This document shows, in pieces, positions 22,278-34,324 of a DNA stretch of 64,000 bases (within the stretch, counting starts at the first letter, position 1; each line of letters starts with the position of its first letter). The notes under the pieces were generated by a model. It was not told the DNA's origin, did no database searches, and was given only the letters and a program-made list of their open reading frames with translations. The translations under genes and the position numbers were made by a program. This DNA is from Blastocladiella emersonii ATCC 22665 (lineage: Eukaryota; Fungi; Blastocladiomycota), in NCBI GenBank assembly GCA_025594325.1, contig JANHCV010000002.1:744001-808000 (forward strand). Reading direction: 5' to 3'.

Positions 22278-23214
22278 TCACTTGTCGAGCAGCGTCTTGC
22301 TCGTGTCAAGCTCCGTGTTCTCGAGATGCACGTTGGTGAGCTTCTGCGGCCGCGCCTTGTGCGCCTTGGCCTTCTTGCCCACGCCCGACTTGACCGGCTT
22401 CTTGAGGAACGCGTGCTCCTTGAGGCCCTCTACACCCGCAGGACAGGTTAGTTCTCATCCCCACCCCACAGGAAACGCGATACGCACTCGCCTGCAGCTC
22501 CTTGTGCAGCGTCGCGTCGTCGGGCGGGTCGAGCTTGGTGAACTCGTCGCGGAACTCCTTCTCCATGGCGAACGGCGTCTCGGCCGAGGGCGGGTACGGG
22601 TTGTAGTGGATGCTGACCGCGAGCTTCTCGCGCTGCGCCTCGGTCGCCGTCGCCGCGAGCGCTGTGTCCTGCTCCTTGTACACGACGAACGCGAGCTGGC
22701 GGTCGACGAGCTCGGCAATGAGCCGCGTCGCGTGGTGCTTGTTGGACTTTTTCACGTCCTCGTACCGCAGGTACCGCATGGCGCGCTGGCGTTCCTGGTC
22801 GCGCTGGTCGAGCGCCTCGTCAATGTCGCCGAGGTCCTCGCCGCCGTGCTTGCGCCGAAGCAGTGCCAGCAGCTCGTCGGCCGTCGCGTACACGTACTTG
22901 GTTCTGTGCCACAGCTCGCGCCGCTTCTCGTCCACGACCACCGTCTTGCGCTTCTTGAGCACGTTGAGCACCGCCACCGCCTCCTTCGTGTCCAGCGACA
23001 GGTCGATGTCGAGCTTGTCGCGGAAGTGGAAGTACGGGTACCGCTCGCCCGGGTCCTGTGTCGCGTGCGCAGGTTGGTTACCTGATCCCTGGCCCTCAGT
23101 GCGGCGGGGACCACGACGGCGACGGACCTTGGCCAGCATCGACTCAATGGTGTTGGCGTACATGACCACGCGCAGCATCAGCTTCTCGCTTTCCGCCTGC
23201 TGTTTGGACATCAT
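22278..23214 (-). CDS. TFA2: Transcription initiation factor TFIIE beta subunit
   Basis: Winged-helix-like region (KYVYATADELLALLRRK), conserved C-terminal ...LHKELQAKGL...QKLTNVHL; introns 23056-23127 and 22430-22487. Confidence 0.7.
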
Positions 23215-23435
23215 GGTGGCAGAGACACAAAGTGCAGCAAGTTTCGTGTCCCCCCGGACGATTCGTAGCAATTATCGGTTGTATGGTGGAGAGCGAGAGC
23301 GGGGACGAGGGACGTCGTTGGCGAGGCGAGTGCGCGCTCCCCTGCCGTCCCGCACGGCGGACAGTCCTCACACGGAAACGAGTCACACTCCATGCATCGC
23401 GTCGCCTGAGCGCACTCTGAGAGAACACCATCATT

Positions 23436-25805
23436 ATGACTGTTGGACCAGGACCCGTCGACCCGCGCGTCGGAGGGGGAGGAGGAGGACCTCTGGTCGC
23501 GCAGGATCCGCGCGTCCCGCCGTCGGCGATCCCACCGGGCATCCACGTCCATGTTCCCGCCACGCCCGCGCCCGCGGCACCGTCCATCACCATCCTGCCG
23601 CTCGGCGCGGGCCAGGATGTCGGGCGCAGCTGTATCGTCGTGTCGTTCGCGTCCGGGCGCACCGTGATGCTCGACTGCGGCATGGTACGCGTTTCGCTCG
23701 CTGTCGCGACTTGAGAAGAAGGTTTCTCACGCACAATGAGTGTGTAGCACATGGGCTACCAGGACAAGCGCATGTTCCCCGACTTCTCGTACCTGACGCG
23801 CGCGACCAATATGACGGCAGCCGTCGACGCGGTGCTGATCTCGCACTGCCACCTCGACCACTGCGGCGCGCTGCCGTACATGGTCAAGACGTACGACTAC
23901 CAGGGCCCGATCGTCATGTCGCACCCGACCAAGTCGATTGCGCCGATCCTGCTCGAGGACTCGGCGCGCATCTCGTCGAACCGGCGCGGCGGGACGGGGA
24001 GTATGCACTTCACGCGCGACGACATTGCCGCGTGCCTCACGAAAGCCACCACGATCGACGTGCACCAGACGCTGCGGCTCGGGCCGGACCTCGAGGTCAA
24101 GGCGTACTACGCGGGCCACGTGCTGGGCGCCGTCATGTTCCTGGTCACGTCCGGCGCGCAGTCGGTGCTGTACACGGGCGACTACAACATGACACCCGAC
24201 CGCCACCTCGGCAGCGCGTGGGTCGACGCGTGCGCGCCCGACGTCGTCATCACCGAGTCGACGTACGGCGACATGATCCGCGACTCGCGCCGGTCGCGCG
24301 AACGCGATTTCTTGCGCAAGGTCCACGAGACGCTCAACAACGGCGGGAAAGTGCTCCTGCCCGTCTTCTCGGTCGGCCGCGCCCAGGAACTCGCCATCAT
24401 CCTCGAGGCGTACGCCGAGCGCATGGAGTGGAGCTTCCCCATGTACTTTACGGGCGCGCTCACGCGCAAGTCGCTCCAGTACTACCGCCTGTTCCTCCAC
24501 TGGACCAACCAGAAGCTGCGCCACGCGCTGCTCGGCGGGGATCTCGGCGAGGCGGCGGCGGCTGCTGCTGCAGGCGCGAACGGCGCTGGGACCGCGAATG
24601 GACGGAGCGCAACGGCAGCGGCAGCAGTAGCCGCGCAGCAGACGCACCGCAACCCGTTCGACTTCCGCAAGATCACGACGCTCAACCTGCAGGGCAACGA
24701 CCTGTCGGCGCTCGAGGTGGCGGGGCCCATGGTCGTGTTCGCGTCGCCCGGCATGCTGCACTCGGGGCTCTCGCTCGAGATCTTCAAGCGGTGGTGCGGC
24801 GACGAGCGCAACGTGGTGATTCTGCCCGGGTACTGCGTGCCGGGCACCGTGGGCGGGCAGCTTGTCAGCGGGCCGAGCGAGGGCACGCGCATCATTCACG
24901 TTCCCGACGACGACGGTCCGAAACGCGGCGGCGGGGGCGGCAACAGCGGTGGGAACGCGACGCGCGAGATCACCTGCCGCATGCGCGTCGAGAACCTGTC
25001 CTTTTCCGCGCACGCCGACGCCAAGGGCATCCTGCAGCTGATCCGAACGTGCCGCGCGCGCGCCGTGGTACTGGTGCACGGCGAGCGGTCCAAGATGGCG
25101 CACCTGCGCGACGTGATCCACCACACGCTCGCGGTCCCGACCCACATGCCGGCCAACTACGTGCCCGCCGTCATCCACACCCGCCGGCCCGCGTCGCTTG
25201 CCATCTCAGCCGAGGTCGCTGCCGCCGCGCGCGCCGCCATGAACGCGGCCTTCGCGGCCGCCGCCGTGACCGAGGCACAGAACGCGGCCAAGTTTGGCGG
25301 CCAGTCGCTCCACCCGGTGACACCCGCGGCTGCGATACAGCGCAACGCGTGGGCAACGGCGCCCATCACGGCGCTCGTCCGCACCTCGCCGCCCAACACG
25401 CCCGAGCCCGTCGCGATCGTGCGCGCGGCCGAGGCCGTCGCGCCGCACCTGCGCACGGGGCTGCGGTGCTCGCAGCTCATTGTTGTCAGCGGCATGGGCG
25501 GGTCGGCGCGGCAGTCGTTTTCGCCGACCATCACGCGCGAGCTCGAGCCCTCCGCGGTCGCGGCAGCCATTACCGAACGCCTCGGTTGCGAAACATGCAT
25601 CGAGCCCAAGACGGGCCGGATCGCCATCGACGGGACGCAGGTCACGGTCGACCTGATCCGCGGCGTCGTGTCGTGGCGGCCCGACCGCATCGCCGACACG
25701 CCGCTCGCCGACCTCGCGCTGCACGCCGTCCGCGAGATGGTGGTCGCGCGCGCTGGTCTCGCGAGGAGTACCGCCGTCAAGCGTGAGGTGATCACGATCG
25801 ACTGA
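23436..25805 (+). CDS. INTS11: Integrator complex subunit 11 (CPSF3L), MBL/beta-CASP endonuclease
   Basis: [16 protein letters not shown]|[49 protein letters not shown] and FSAHAD match INTS11 rather than CPSF73; intron 23685-23747. Confidence 0.9.
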
Positions 25806-26744
25806 GTCGGTTCGGAATAGATGGATGGATTGATGACACGAGGGTTGGTTGGGGTCGGAGCGGACTATTCTCAAGGACAGAGTCCGCGGCGGGCACGCGG
25901 GCACGGGTCCTCGTGGTCGGTCGGGGTTGTGCGCACGCACGCAAGCGTGGTCGCCGGCCACGTTGCCGCGCACCAGACCGTCACCCTGTAAACGTGGATC
26001 CGTCGGTGGGAATCGAGTACGGGGTCGATGAAGCAGCGTAGTCGCGCGCGCACTGACCTCGTCACCATGTCCACGCTCGCGACCGCGAGGGTCATCACGG
26101 CTGAACGCAGGGGCCGGCGGATCCACGTCACAGTCACTCACGGGCTGTTCGTGCCAAGGCCCGAGCTCTAAACGTTCGTCATCGCGGGGCGCTCTCACGA
26201 GTCCCAGCTGCCGCGAACACGGCCGAGTGGGGACGACGAGTCGCGCGACGATGCGTGTCCCGCCACCCATCGCCGGACCAATCGCTGCCCGCGGTGGCGA
26301 GAAAATCCCCGCGTGGCCATGATCTGAAACGACGGCGTCCTGCATGTCGCGTGCACCGAGCATCCCCGCGCGGCTGTTGTTCTCCTGTTCGCGCGCACGC
26401 GCACGCCGTGGGCCGAACACGCGGGCGGGGGACGCACACCATCACCGATCGCATCACGCACTCGTCCCGCTTTTGGAGCGCTGCCGAACGTTTGTCCGCC
26501 CCCGCGCGCGAGTCATGCGCGCTCGAATCGGTGCCCCCCGGTTTGCTCGACCCGTCGCAGCCGCGCGTGACGGTGGTCACGGACTACGCCGCCAAGGTCG
26601 CGGGGTCGCGTGCTCCATGTCGCCTTCGCGGTCGATACCGAGGGTCTCTCACCACGGCCGCCGCGGAATCGATAAATACCGGCCGCGCCCCCGCAGCCCC
26701 CCAACCGGTCCAGCATCCAAACCACTCCTTAGAGTAGACGAATC

Positions 26745-28667
26745 ATGACCTCCTCGACCCGCAAGATCACGCTGATCCTGGTCCTGGCCCTGGTGGCCGG
26801 CCACGCGGTCAACGTCAACGCCGCCGCCATCAACAAGGACAAGCGCCTGCGCATCGTGCCCGACCGCCAGGTCAAGAAGTTCACCTCGGCCATCCCCGCC
26901 GTGCCGCTCCCCGAGACGGGGAACCGCGCGCCGGCAGACGTGGCCAAGGCGTTCGCCGCCGCCGCCTTCAAGGTCGCGCCGCGCGAGATCCTCGTCAAGG
27001 ACGTCGTCACCACCTCGTCGGGTGTTACGAGTGTGCACCTGCGCCAGCTCGTCAACGGGCTCGAGGTGACCAACGCCAACGCCAACATCAACGTCGACAA
27101 GGACGGCAAGATCATCTCGTACGGCGACTCGTTCTTCCGCGGCGCCCGCCCGCCGCGCCCGCCCGTCACCAACGCCGAGTCGTCCGCCGAGGCCGGGCCG
27201 GCCAAGTCGCCCGAGGACGGGTTCAAGGCGCTCGCCGCCAAGGTCGGCCTCGCCCTGCCCAAGCCCGTCACCGTGACCGAGCGCACCGCCGAGGCGCCCG
27301 GGTCGGCGCGCACCTACGAGATCAAGACCGACGCCGCGCTGAGCCCGGTCCCCGTCAAGTTTGCCTACGTGCAAAAGGGCGACAAGCTCGAGCTGGTCTA
27401 CCAGTACCAGGTCGAGCTCAAGGGCGCGTGGTACAATGGCCACGTCAGCGCGGCGACGGGCGCCGTCGAGGCCCTCGTCGACTGGACCGCCGACGCCTCG
27501 TACACGGCGCTGCCGTTCGGCGCCAACAACCCGGACGAGACGCCCGTGCGCGCCATCGACGTGTCCGCGTCGGCAATCAACAAGGCCGCGTCGCCGCTCG
27601 GCTGGCACGACCAGGGCAACGGCAAGTCGTTTACCGACACGCGCGGCAACAACGTGTACGCGCAGGAGAACATTCGTGGCCGCGAGGACTCGTCGTGGCG
27701 CACCAACAAGCGGCCCGACGGCGGCAAGGCGCTGCAGTTCAACGCCAAGCCTGATTTCGGAAAGGACCCGTCGACGTACACGGCGGCCGCCACGACGCAG
27801 CTCTTCTACCTCATCAACAACATCCACGACATTGCGTACCAGTACGGCTTCGACGAAAAGTCGGGCAACTTCCAGGAGAACAACTTTGGCAAGGGCGGCC
27901 GCGGCAACGACGCCGTGATTGCCAACGCGCAGGACGGCGCCGACACCAACAACGCCGACTTTGGCACGCCGCCCGACGGCCAGAAGCCCAAGATGCGCAT
28001 GTTCATCTTCACCGAGACCAACCCCAAGCGCGACGGCGTGTTCGACTCGTCGATCCCGTCGCACGAGTTCTTCCACGGCGTGTCGACGCGCCTGGTCGGC
28101 GGGCCGAGCAACTCGGACTGCCTCGACACGCTCGAGGCCGGCGGCATGGGCGAGGGCTGGTCGGACGTGGCCGCGCTCATGTTCAACGCCAAGCGCACCG
28201 ACACGCGCAGCACGCCCCGCCCCATGGGCGCGTACGTCGTCAACAACCCGGCCGGCATCCGCACGTACCCGTACTCGACCTCCCTGAAAACCAACCCGAG
28301 CACCTACTCGTTCCTCGCGCGCCGCGAGTACAAGGAGGTGCACATGATCGGCGAGGTGTGGGCGGCGACGCTCTTCGAGGTGTACTGGAACCTGGTCGAC
28401 AAGCTCGGCTTCTCGGCCGACCTGCTCAACGACAGCAAGTCGGGCAAGGGCAACACGGTCTTCTTCCAGATCCTGCTCGACGCCATGAAGCTGACGCCGT
28501 GCTCGCCGTCTTTCGTGGATGCGCGCGACGCCTTCATCCAGGCCGAGAAGGCCCTGACCGGCGGCAAGCACCAGTGCGACGTGTGGGCCGGCTTCGCCAA
28601 GCGCGGTCTCGGCGTCAACGCCGCCAACTACCGCGACGACTTGTCGGTCCCCGCCGAGTGCCAGTAA
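26745..28667 (+). CDS. Secreted fungalysin metallopeptidase (M36)
   Basis: Signal peptide, FTP-like propeptide, HEFFH zinc motif, AGGMGEGWSD, H..GEVWA and ARDAFIQAE. Confidence 0.95.
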   Translation: MTSSTRKITLILVLALVAGHAVNVNAAAINKDKRLRIVPDRQVKKFTSAIPAVPLPETGNRAPADVAKAFAAAAFKVAPREILVKDVVTTSSGVTSVHLRQLVNGLEVTNANANINVDKDGKIISYGDSFFRGARPPRPPVTNAESSAEAGPAKSPEDGFKALAAKVGLALPKPVTVTERTAEAPGSARTYEIKTDAALSPVPVKFAYVQKGDKLELVYQYQVELKGAWYNGHVSAATGAVEALVDWTADASYTALPFGANNPDETPVRAIDVSASAINKAASPLGWHDQGNGKSFTDTRGNNVYAQENIRGREDSSWRTNKRPDGGKALQFNAKPDFGKDPSTYTAAATTQLFYLINNIHDIAYQYGFDEKSGNFQENNFGKGGRGNDAVIANAQDGADTNNADFGTPPDGQKPKMRMFIFTETNPKRDGVFDSSIPSHEFFHGVSTRLVGGPSNSDCLDTLEAGGMGEGWSDVAALMFNAKRTDTRSTPRPMGAYVVNNPAGIRTYPYSTSLKTNPSTYSFLARREYKEVHMIGEVWAATLFEVYWNLVDKLGFSADLLNDSKSGKGNTVFFQILLDAMKLTPCSPSFVDARDAFIQAEKALTGGKHQCDVWAGFAKRGLGVNAANYRDDLSVPAECQ

Positions 28668-28963
28668 GTGTCGGTTGTCCGCTGTGCGGCGCTGGTCGCC
28701 CCACGGGCTCCTTTTTTGTTGATATGTTCATAAACGCGATCTTTGCTCGAATCTCTCTCTGCTGTGTCTCTGGTTCGATCGTTCTTGAGTGTGGGAGGTG
28801 TGAAACGCGACGCGACGCGACGCGACGCGTCGAGACGGGAGTGACAGGTTGCTCAGCCGACGCTGTGCGCTGCTTTTTTTCACGGCGGCCCTCTCTCAAG
28901 CAGTCGCAAGTCTGTCCCCTCGCTCCCCCCCCGCCAACGACCACTATTGCACACTGCGGCACC

Positions 28964-30766
28964 ATGGAAGCAAATGACTTGATGCATTGTCAACCGAGGC
29001 TTGCTATTCCAGAGATTGTCGACCAAATCCTTGTGGCGGCGATTTCGCTACTCGTCGGCGACGACGCCAGTGTTATCGACCTCCGCGCCCTGTCGGCGTA
29101 CTCGCGTGTCATGCCCGCCGACCAACTTCCAGGTGTCCGTCGTGCAATCACTAAGCTTGTGACGAGCGTTACTGTCGACGTCGCGTGTGCGTCTGGTCGC
29201 GTTGATTTGCTGCGCTACCGCCTTGCTTTCAAACTTCCGCTCGATGTCACGGGCGCGGCGATCAAGGCTGCTGCCAATGCCAAACATTACGACGTCTTGG
29301 ACTTGTGGCGTGACCGTGGACCGGATCCGGCTTGGGCCGAACTGGATTTGCCCGAGTTTGCCGAGGTCTTGCTTTTTGGAGAATCGACCTACTTTTTTAA
29401 TCGCGATCCAGATGACGTACGGGCCATGGCTGACGACGCGGACCGCGACGCTCTCCAACTGGTTGACCAAGTCACAGCGGGCAAGACTGCGCTGAACTTG
29501 CGCAAATCTCGCCTGTCCGAACGTGGCATTGCCTACCTGAACCGCGCCCTTTCCGTACCCGATCATCCCGTCGACTCGCTCAGCCTCGATATGGTCGATC
29601 TAACGTGGGATCGCCTAGGTGCGATTCAACTCCCGCCATCGCTGAATGCGCTCCACCTCGAGTCCAACCGACTCGCGCACCGGTACACGTCGACAACGGC
29701 CCCGTGGCTTCCCAACACGCTCGCATTTCTATCGCTTACTGATGATGACTTGACGCCACCAGCCTTTGCTCGGCAACTCGAGATCCTCCCGTTATCGCTG
29801 ACCTCCCTTGCCCTCAACGACTGCACTCTCAATGCGGCGACTCTCTCGCACCTTGCCGCCGGCTTGCCCGCTCAACTCCAAGCTTTGAAAATTCAGCAGT
29901 GCTCAGTCGATGACACTGGCATCATCGCGCTCGTCCCGAAGCTTCCGCCGAGTCTGACTACGCTGGACTTGACTCGCAATGCCATTGGCGATGAAGGCGC
30001 AGCAACGCTTGCGCGTCATTTCCCGCCTGCGTTGACAACACTTATCCTCAACTCGAACCGCGCTATTTCTTCGAACGGCGTGCACGCGATTGCACACTAC
30101 TTGCCGCCGGCCCTACAACGACTTGAGCTCGTCGAAGCAGGTAACAGTCTTGGAGGGCTGTTTGCCATCGCAAGTCGAGTCCGTCCCTCGCTCACGCATC
30201 TCGATTTTTCGGGCCGCGCGGTTACAGACGAAAGCCCTCTTGATTTGCGTTTTCTCGCTGATACTACTTGGGCAGACACAATTGCTTTCCCCGCCATCGA
30301 GAGTCTGGACATCAGGTTTGCCGACTATCTGCGCTCAGTGGGCGCTGCTGTAATCCTCAAGCGCTTGCTGGGGCCAAGGCTCAAATATCTGGATCTCAAC
30401 GCGTCCCACATTGGCGACGTCGGCGCCGCAACAATCGTTGAACGTGCAACACCGGCCCTTGAACAGCTCGACCTTAGTTCATGCAAGCTAGAGAATCGAG
30501 GCGCGGCTATCCTCGCAACGGGGCTGCCCGCGTCTGTCACTGCTTTGGACGTGTCCGAGAATTCCTTTGGCGACGAGGGACAGCTGCTACTCCTCGAGCT
30601 CGCCCTGTCCTGCCGCGAGACGCTCAATGTCCAGATGTCTGGGCACAACATGAGCTCTCGGCTTGTTTCGCTCTACCGCAGGTACTTTGGCAAGGATCCG
30701 TACGGCTACTACGAATTCGACTCTGAGAGTGGCGAGTCCAGCAACAGTGACGAGGACCAGGATTGA
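28964..30766 (+). CDS. RNI-like leucine-rich-repeat protein with an F-box-like/ankyrin-like N-terminus
   Basis: Repeats of L..L.L..N.IGD.GA..LA..LP; N-terminal LAIPEIVDQIL; acidic C-terminus; intronless with weaker GC3 bias than its neighbours. Confidence 0.8.
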   Translation: MEANDLMHCQPRLAIPEIVDQILVAAISLLVGDDASVIDLRALSAYSRVMPADQLPGVRRAITKLVTSVTVDVACASGRVDLLRYRLAFKLPLDVTGAAIKAAANAKHYDVLDLWRDRGPDPAWAELDLPEFAEVLLFGESTYFFNRDPDDVRAMADDADRDALQLVDQVTAGKTALNLRKSRLSERGIAYLNRALSVPDHPVDSLSLDMVDLTWDRLGAIQLPPSLNALHLESNRLAHRYTSTTAPWLPNTLAFLSLTDDDLTPPAFARQLEILPLSLTSLALNDCTLNAATLSHLAAGLPAQLQALKIQQCSVDDTGIIALVPKLPPSLTTLDLTRNAIGDEGAATLARHFPPALTTLILNSNRAISSNGVHAIAHYLPPALQRLELVEAGNSLGGLFAIASRVRPSLTHLDFSGRAVTDESPLDLRFLADTTWADTIAFPAIESLDIRFADYLRSVGAAVILKRLLGPRLKYLDLNASHIGDVGAATIVERATPALEQLDLSSCKLENRGAAILATGLPASVTALDVSENSFGDEGQLLLLELALSCRETLNVQMSGHNMSSRLVSLYRRYFGKDPYGYYEFDSESGESSNSDEDQD

Positions 30767-31037
30767 AGGCCGAGTCCGAGCTCGGGATTCTCGATCGAAT
30801 TTGATGATTATATATTTGTGATTTGCATTCGATTTACCATGTCGTGCACGAATGACTAGGAGTGCTTGCGCATCTCACACATAAAGAACTCGGGTAGCTT
30901 GACGTTCTTGCCCAAGTCGTGTGCGTGTGTAAGCGTATTTTGTTGTCCACCGCTAATATCGAATCGTTGCAATTGAATCAAGAGGGTATGAATGAATGAG
31001 ATGAGCGTGCAATCATGATACATGTGAGGTGTGAACA

Positions 31038-33741
31038 CTACGAATGCGCCTCGGCGAGCTCGCGCAGCTGCCCGTCGCCGCCGCGGCACTCGATCGCAGG
31101 TACGACGAGCTCAGGCGCGGCGGGCGAGCCGATGCCGAGGTCGAGGATCGCGGCGCGGAGGGCCTCGACGAACTTATTGCGGTTGGCGAGCCGCTTGCCC
31201 ATATCCTGCCAGTTACCGCGGTGCGGGAGCGTGATGGAGCACTCGAGCAGGCCCTTGGCGAGGTCGATCGCGTTGACGCGGACGTCGACGATGCCCGAGG
31301 CCGGGAGGACAAAGTCGCGCGGGCACTCGGACGCGATCCACTCGCCCATGCGCGACTCGAGCTTGCGGACCGTCTCGCGCGACGTGGTCCAGTCGATGCG
31401 CAGGAGCAGGTCCTCGGACATGGCGCCCGACTCGCGGATGTTGTCGATGGGCTCCTTGGACAGCTGCGGCAGCGGGTAGTGCACGATCTTGCCGTCGCCG
31501 CGCTTGAGGACCGTCGTGAACACGTTGAGCGCCTGCACGAGGTAGACGGACCCGCCGACGATGATGCGGTCGTGGACGGCGAACGAGCGGTACGCGAAGA
31601 GGAAGAGCATGCACTCGAAGATGGTTTGCACTACGCGCGAGGATCATCGGGCGTTAGCCTCGGCGAGCGCGATTTGAGCGTTGAGAAGCGTACCCTGAGC
31701 CTTGACAATGAACGAGAACGGGACGAGCAGCGTGAGGACGGCGCTGAGGTCGAGCGAGATGCGGAACAGCGTGACGGTGAGCCAGATACTCAGCACGAGC
31801 GCGACAAACTTGACGAGCTGGTCGAGCGACGACACCATTTTCGCGGTATCGTCCATACCGGCCTCGACGGCGCGCAGCTCCTGGACGAGGTCGACGAGCA
31901 CCGCCGTGAGCTCGCTGCGCGAGCAGTCGCCGTTCCCGTCCTTGTCGAACAGGCGGAACGCGCGGCGGACGTCCGTCTGGCTGTCAAAGTAGGCCGCAAA
32001 CGACTCGGGCCCGAGCGTCACGCTGTCGTCGTCGTAGTCGTCCTCGCCGCCGCTGAGCGGGTTGCCCTCGTCGTCGACATCGATGGCCCGCTGCCGGCCG
32101 TCCTCGGGGACCTGCAGCTGCGGCGGGCGCAGCGCAATGAACAGCTCGCGCGCGAGCTCCTGCGCGGCGACGGTCGTCTGCGGCAGGCGGCGCACCATGG
32201 ACCGCACGGCCGTCGGGTCCAGCAGCGTCGACCCGAGCCACTGCGCCTGCCGCGCAAACAGCTGGCGCGCACGGGCTGCGATGCCGCCGCCACCCGCAGC
32301 GGCAGATGATGCGCCGGGACCGACGCCCATGGACCGCGGGCGCGGACGCCCATCGTTTCCTGCAGCGGCGCCGGCGCCCGCGCCGAACTGCACGCGGTCG
32401 AGTGCAGGCATGAGTCGGTCAACGACGGCGTCGGCGAAGCGGAGTCGCTTAATCCGGGTAGCGTAGGTGGTGCGGTGGAAGTGGAGGACGATGAGGGTGG
32501 TGATGAATCGCTGGGCGGTCCAGACAATGGAGATGAGGAGGACGGCGAGGAAGGCGACCGAGATGTAGTCCCACCACCACCACGGGCGCGTGGTGCTGGT
32601 CGGCGCGTCATGGGTCGAGATGAACTCGCGCTGCCAGCGCCACGAGTACTTGGAGAGGTCCTTGAGGCCCGAGGTGGCGGACGCGCCCGACGAGGTCGCA
32701 GGCCGGGTGCCGTTGACGGAGAGGCCGTCCTCGGGCAGGGCGACGGCCGACGACAGGTTCACGTCGCGTGCGACGAGGGCGTGCCACAGGATGTTGTTGA
32801 CGACGCACCACACGGTGATGGAGACGCGCGGGTGCAGGGCGCGGACGAGGACCATGAGGTTCTCGATGCGCTGTCGGTGCGAGCCGCGGAGCGCGAGTTT
32901 CAGCGAGCGCTCGAGTAGGGCGGGCAGCACGAGCAGGATGTAGCGGGCGGCCCAGTGCAGCGTGTAGGAGACCATGAGGTAGCCCGACCACAGCAGCAGC
33001 GGCATGCCGCCGAGGTTGATGTTGGAGGTCCACTCGGAGATGGGCCGCGGGCTCGAGACGTACTCGGTCGACGAGAAGAGGAGGTCCGGGATGCCGAGGA
33101 GGGTGAAGATGATGAGGTCGCCGAATAGGGCCTTGAGCTACACTCGATCGAGGTACTGTTAGCGCCCGTCGGAAATCAGCACACATGCAGCATACCAGAC
33201 ACTGGAGACCGAGCGGGAAGATGGCAAACAGCCTGCGCAGGCCCTCGCAGGTGCGCGTAGACTTCATGCTGCTGAGGTGCTGCGAGTCGTTGCGGCGCAT
33301 CTTGCGGCGTCGGCGCGCAGCCGCAGCGGCTGCGTTGTTCCCACCCGCCGTGGGCTCGTCGTCCGAGTCCGAGTCCGAGTCGGCGAGCGCCATGGCGGCG
33401 AGCGCGGACCGGTCCTCCTGCTGCTTCTGCTTACCCGACCCGCCCGGCGCGCCCGGCGCCATGCGCACGCTGCTGTGCAGGCGAGGATTAGACGACGACG
33501 CAGCGCCGGCGTTCTGGTACAGGCCCGACTGCTGCGACTGCGAGTGCGAGTGCGGGAAGTGATCGTTGGGTGTGGCGAGCCGCGTCGCGCCGCCGCCGTG
33601 CATGGGCAGCAGCGGGTGGTCGGTCGACACGTAGGGCTCGGAGCCGCGGCGCGCGTACGCCGAACGGGCCATGGGCGCGCCCGTCGGCAGCGGCGGCACG
33701 GGTGGCGCGGTGGCCGAGGCGTGGTATTGCTGTTGATTCAT
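31038..33741 (-). CDS. MscS-like mechanosensitive channel with EF-hand (Msy1/Msy2 type)
   Basis: TM helices, canonical EF-hand DKDGNGDCSRSE, FLFAYRSFAVHDRI and NIRESG motifs; introns 33138-33195 and 31631-31693. Confidence 0.88.
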
Positions 33742-34324
33742 GGGGTGCAATGGTGGGTGTAGCGATGCGTTGCAGGTGGTGAGAGACGATGCTGGCCCGC
33801 TGGACGGGAGCAGGGATGGAGTGCGAGGGAGAGAGGGAGAAGGTTTGCGAGGGATAAGCGAAGCGCAGCGGAGAAGCGGCCCGCTGCAGCCTCGCAACGC
33901 CTCGTCTGTCTCCGCGGCCGCGGTCACGCGCTGCGCCGCACCACTCATCGCGGCGGTGTTGGCGGTGTGTTTTCGCTCGCTCGCCTTCCTGTTTTCCCAC
34001 CCGATCAGGTGCGAGACAGGGACGAAGACGGAGACTGAGTGGCGCAGCGCGTCTCGCACGGCCGCCGTGACCGCGCGAGTCACTCATCAGCGGCCCCATC
34101 ATCACGAGCAGGGACCGTCCGTCGATGGCCATGGCGCATGGCGTGAGCGCGGCGGTTGCTGACTCGGGTCTGTCCCGGACAAAGTGCCGGGGTTGCGCGC
34201 CAGCCGAGGACCCGGTCGCCCGTGGCGTTCCCCCGCGCCCGTCCCTGCTGGCTCTCCTTCTTCTTCCCTCCCTCTCTCCCACGCCTGTCCGCGACCATCC
34301 CAACCACGATACTCGCATGCAACC

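Noticed and set aside
22610-25786. 1058-aa plus-strand ORF
   Set aside because: It is antisense to TFA2 in its first part and an alternative frame of INTS11 afterwards. It is Arg/Ala/Pro-rich with no domain, as expected of a stop-poor frame in high-GC DNA.
23436-25805. Annotation as CPSF73/YSH1
   Set aside because: The diagnostic residues ([22 protein letters not shown]) are INTS11-type; CPSF73 has GQEVGRSC and FSREEDRHL-type sequences.
28805-28829. (CGCGA)n microsatellite and assorted poly-Gln/Ala/Asp codon runs
   Set aside because: These are ordinary slippage repeats in GC-rich DNA with no evidence of function.
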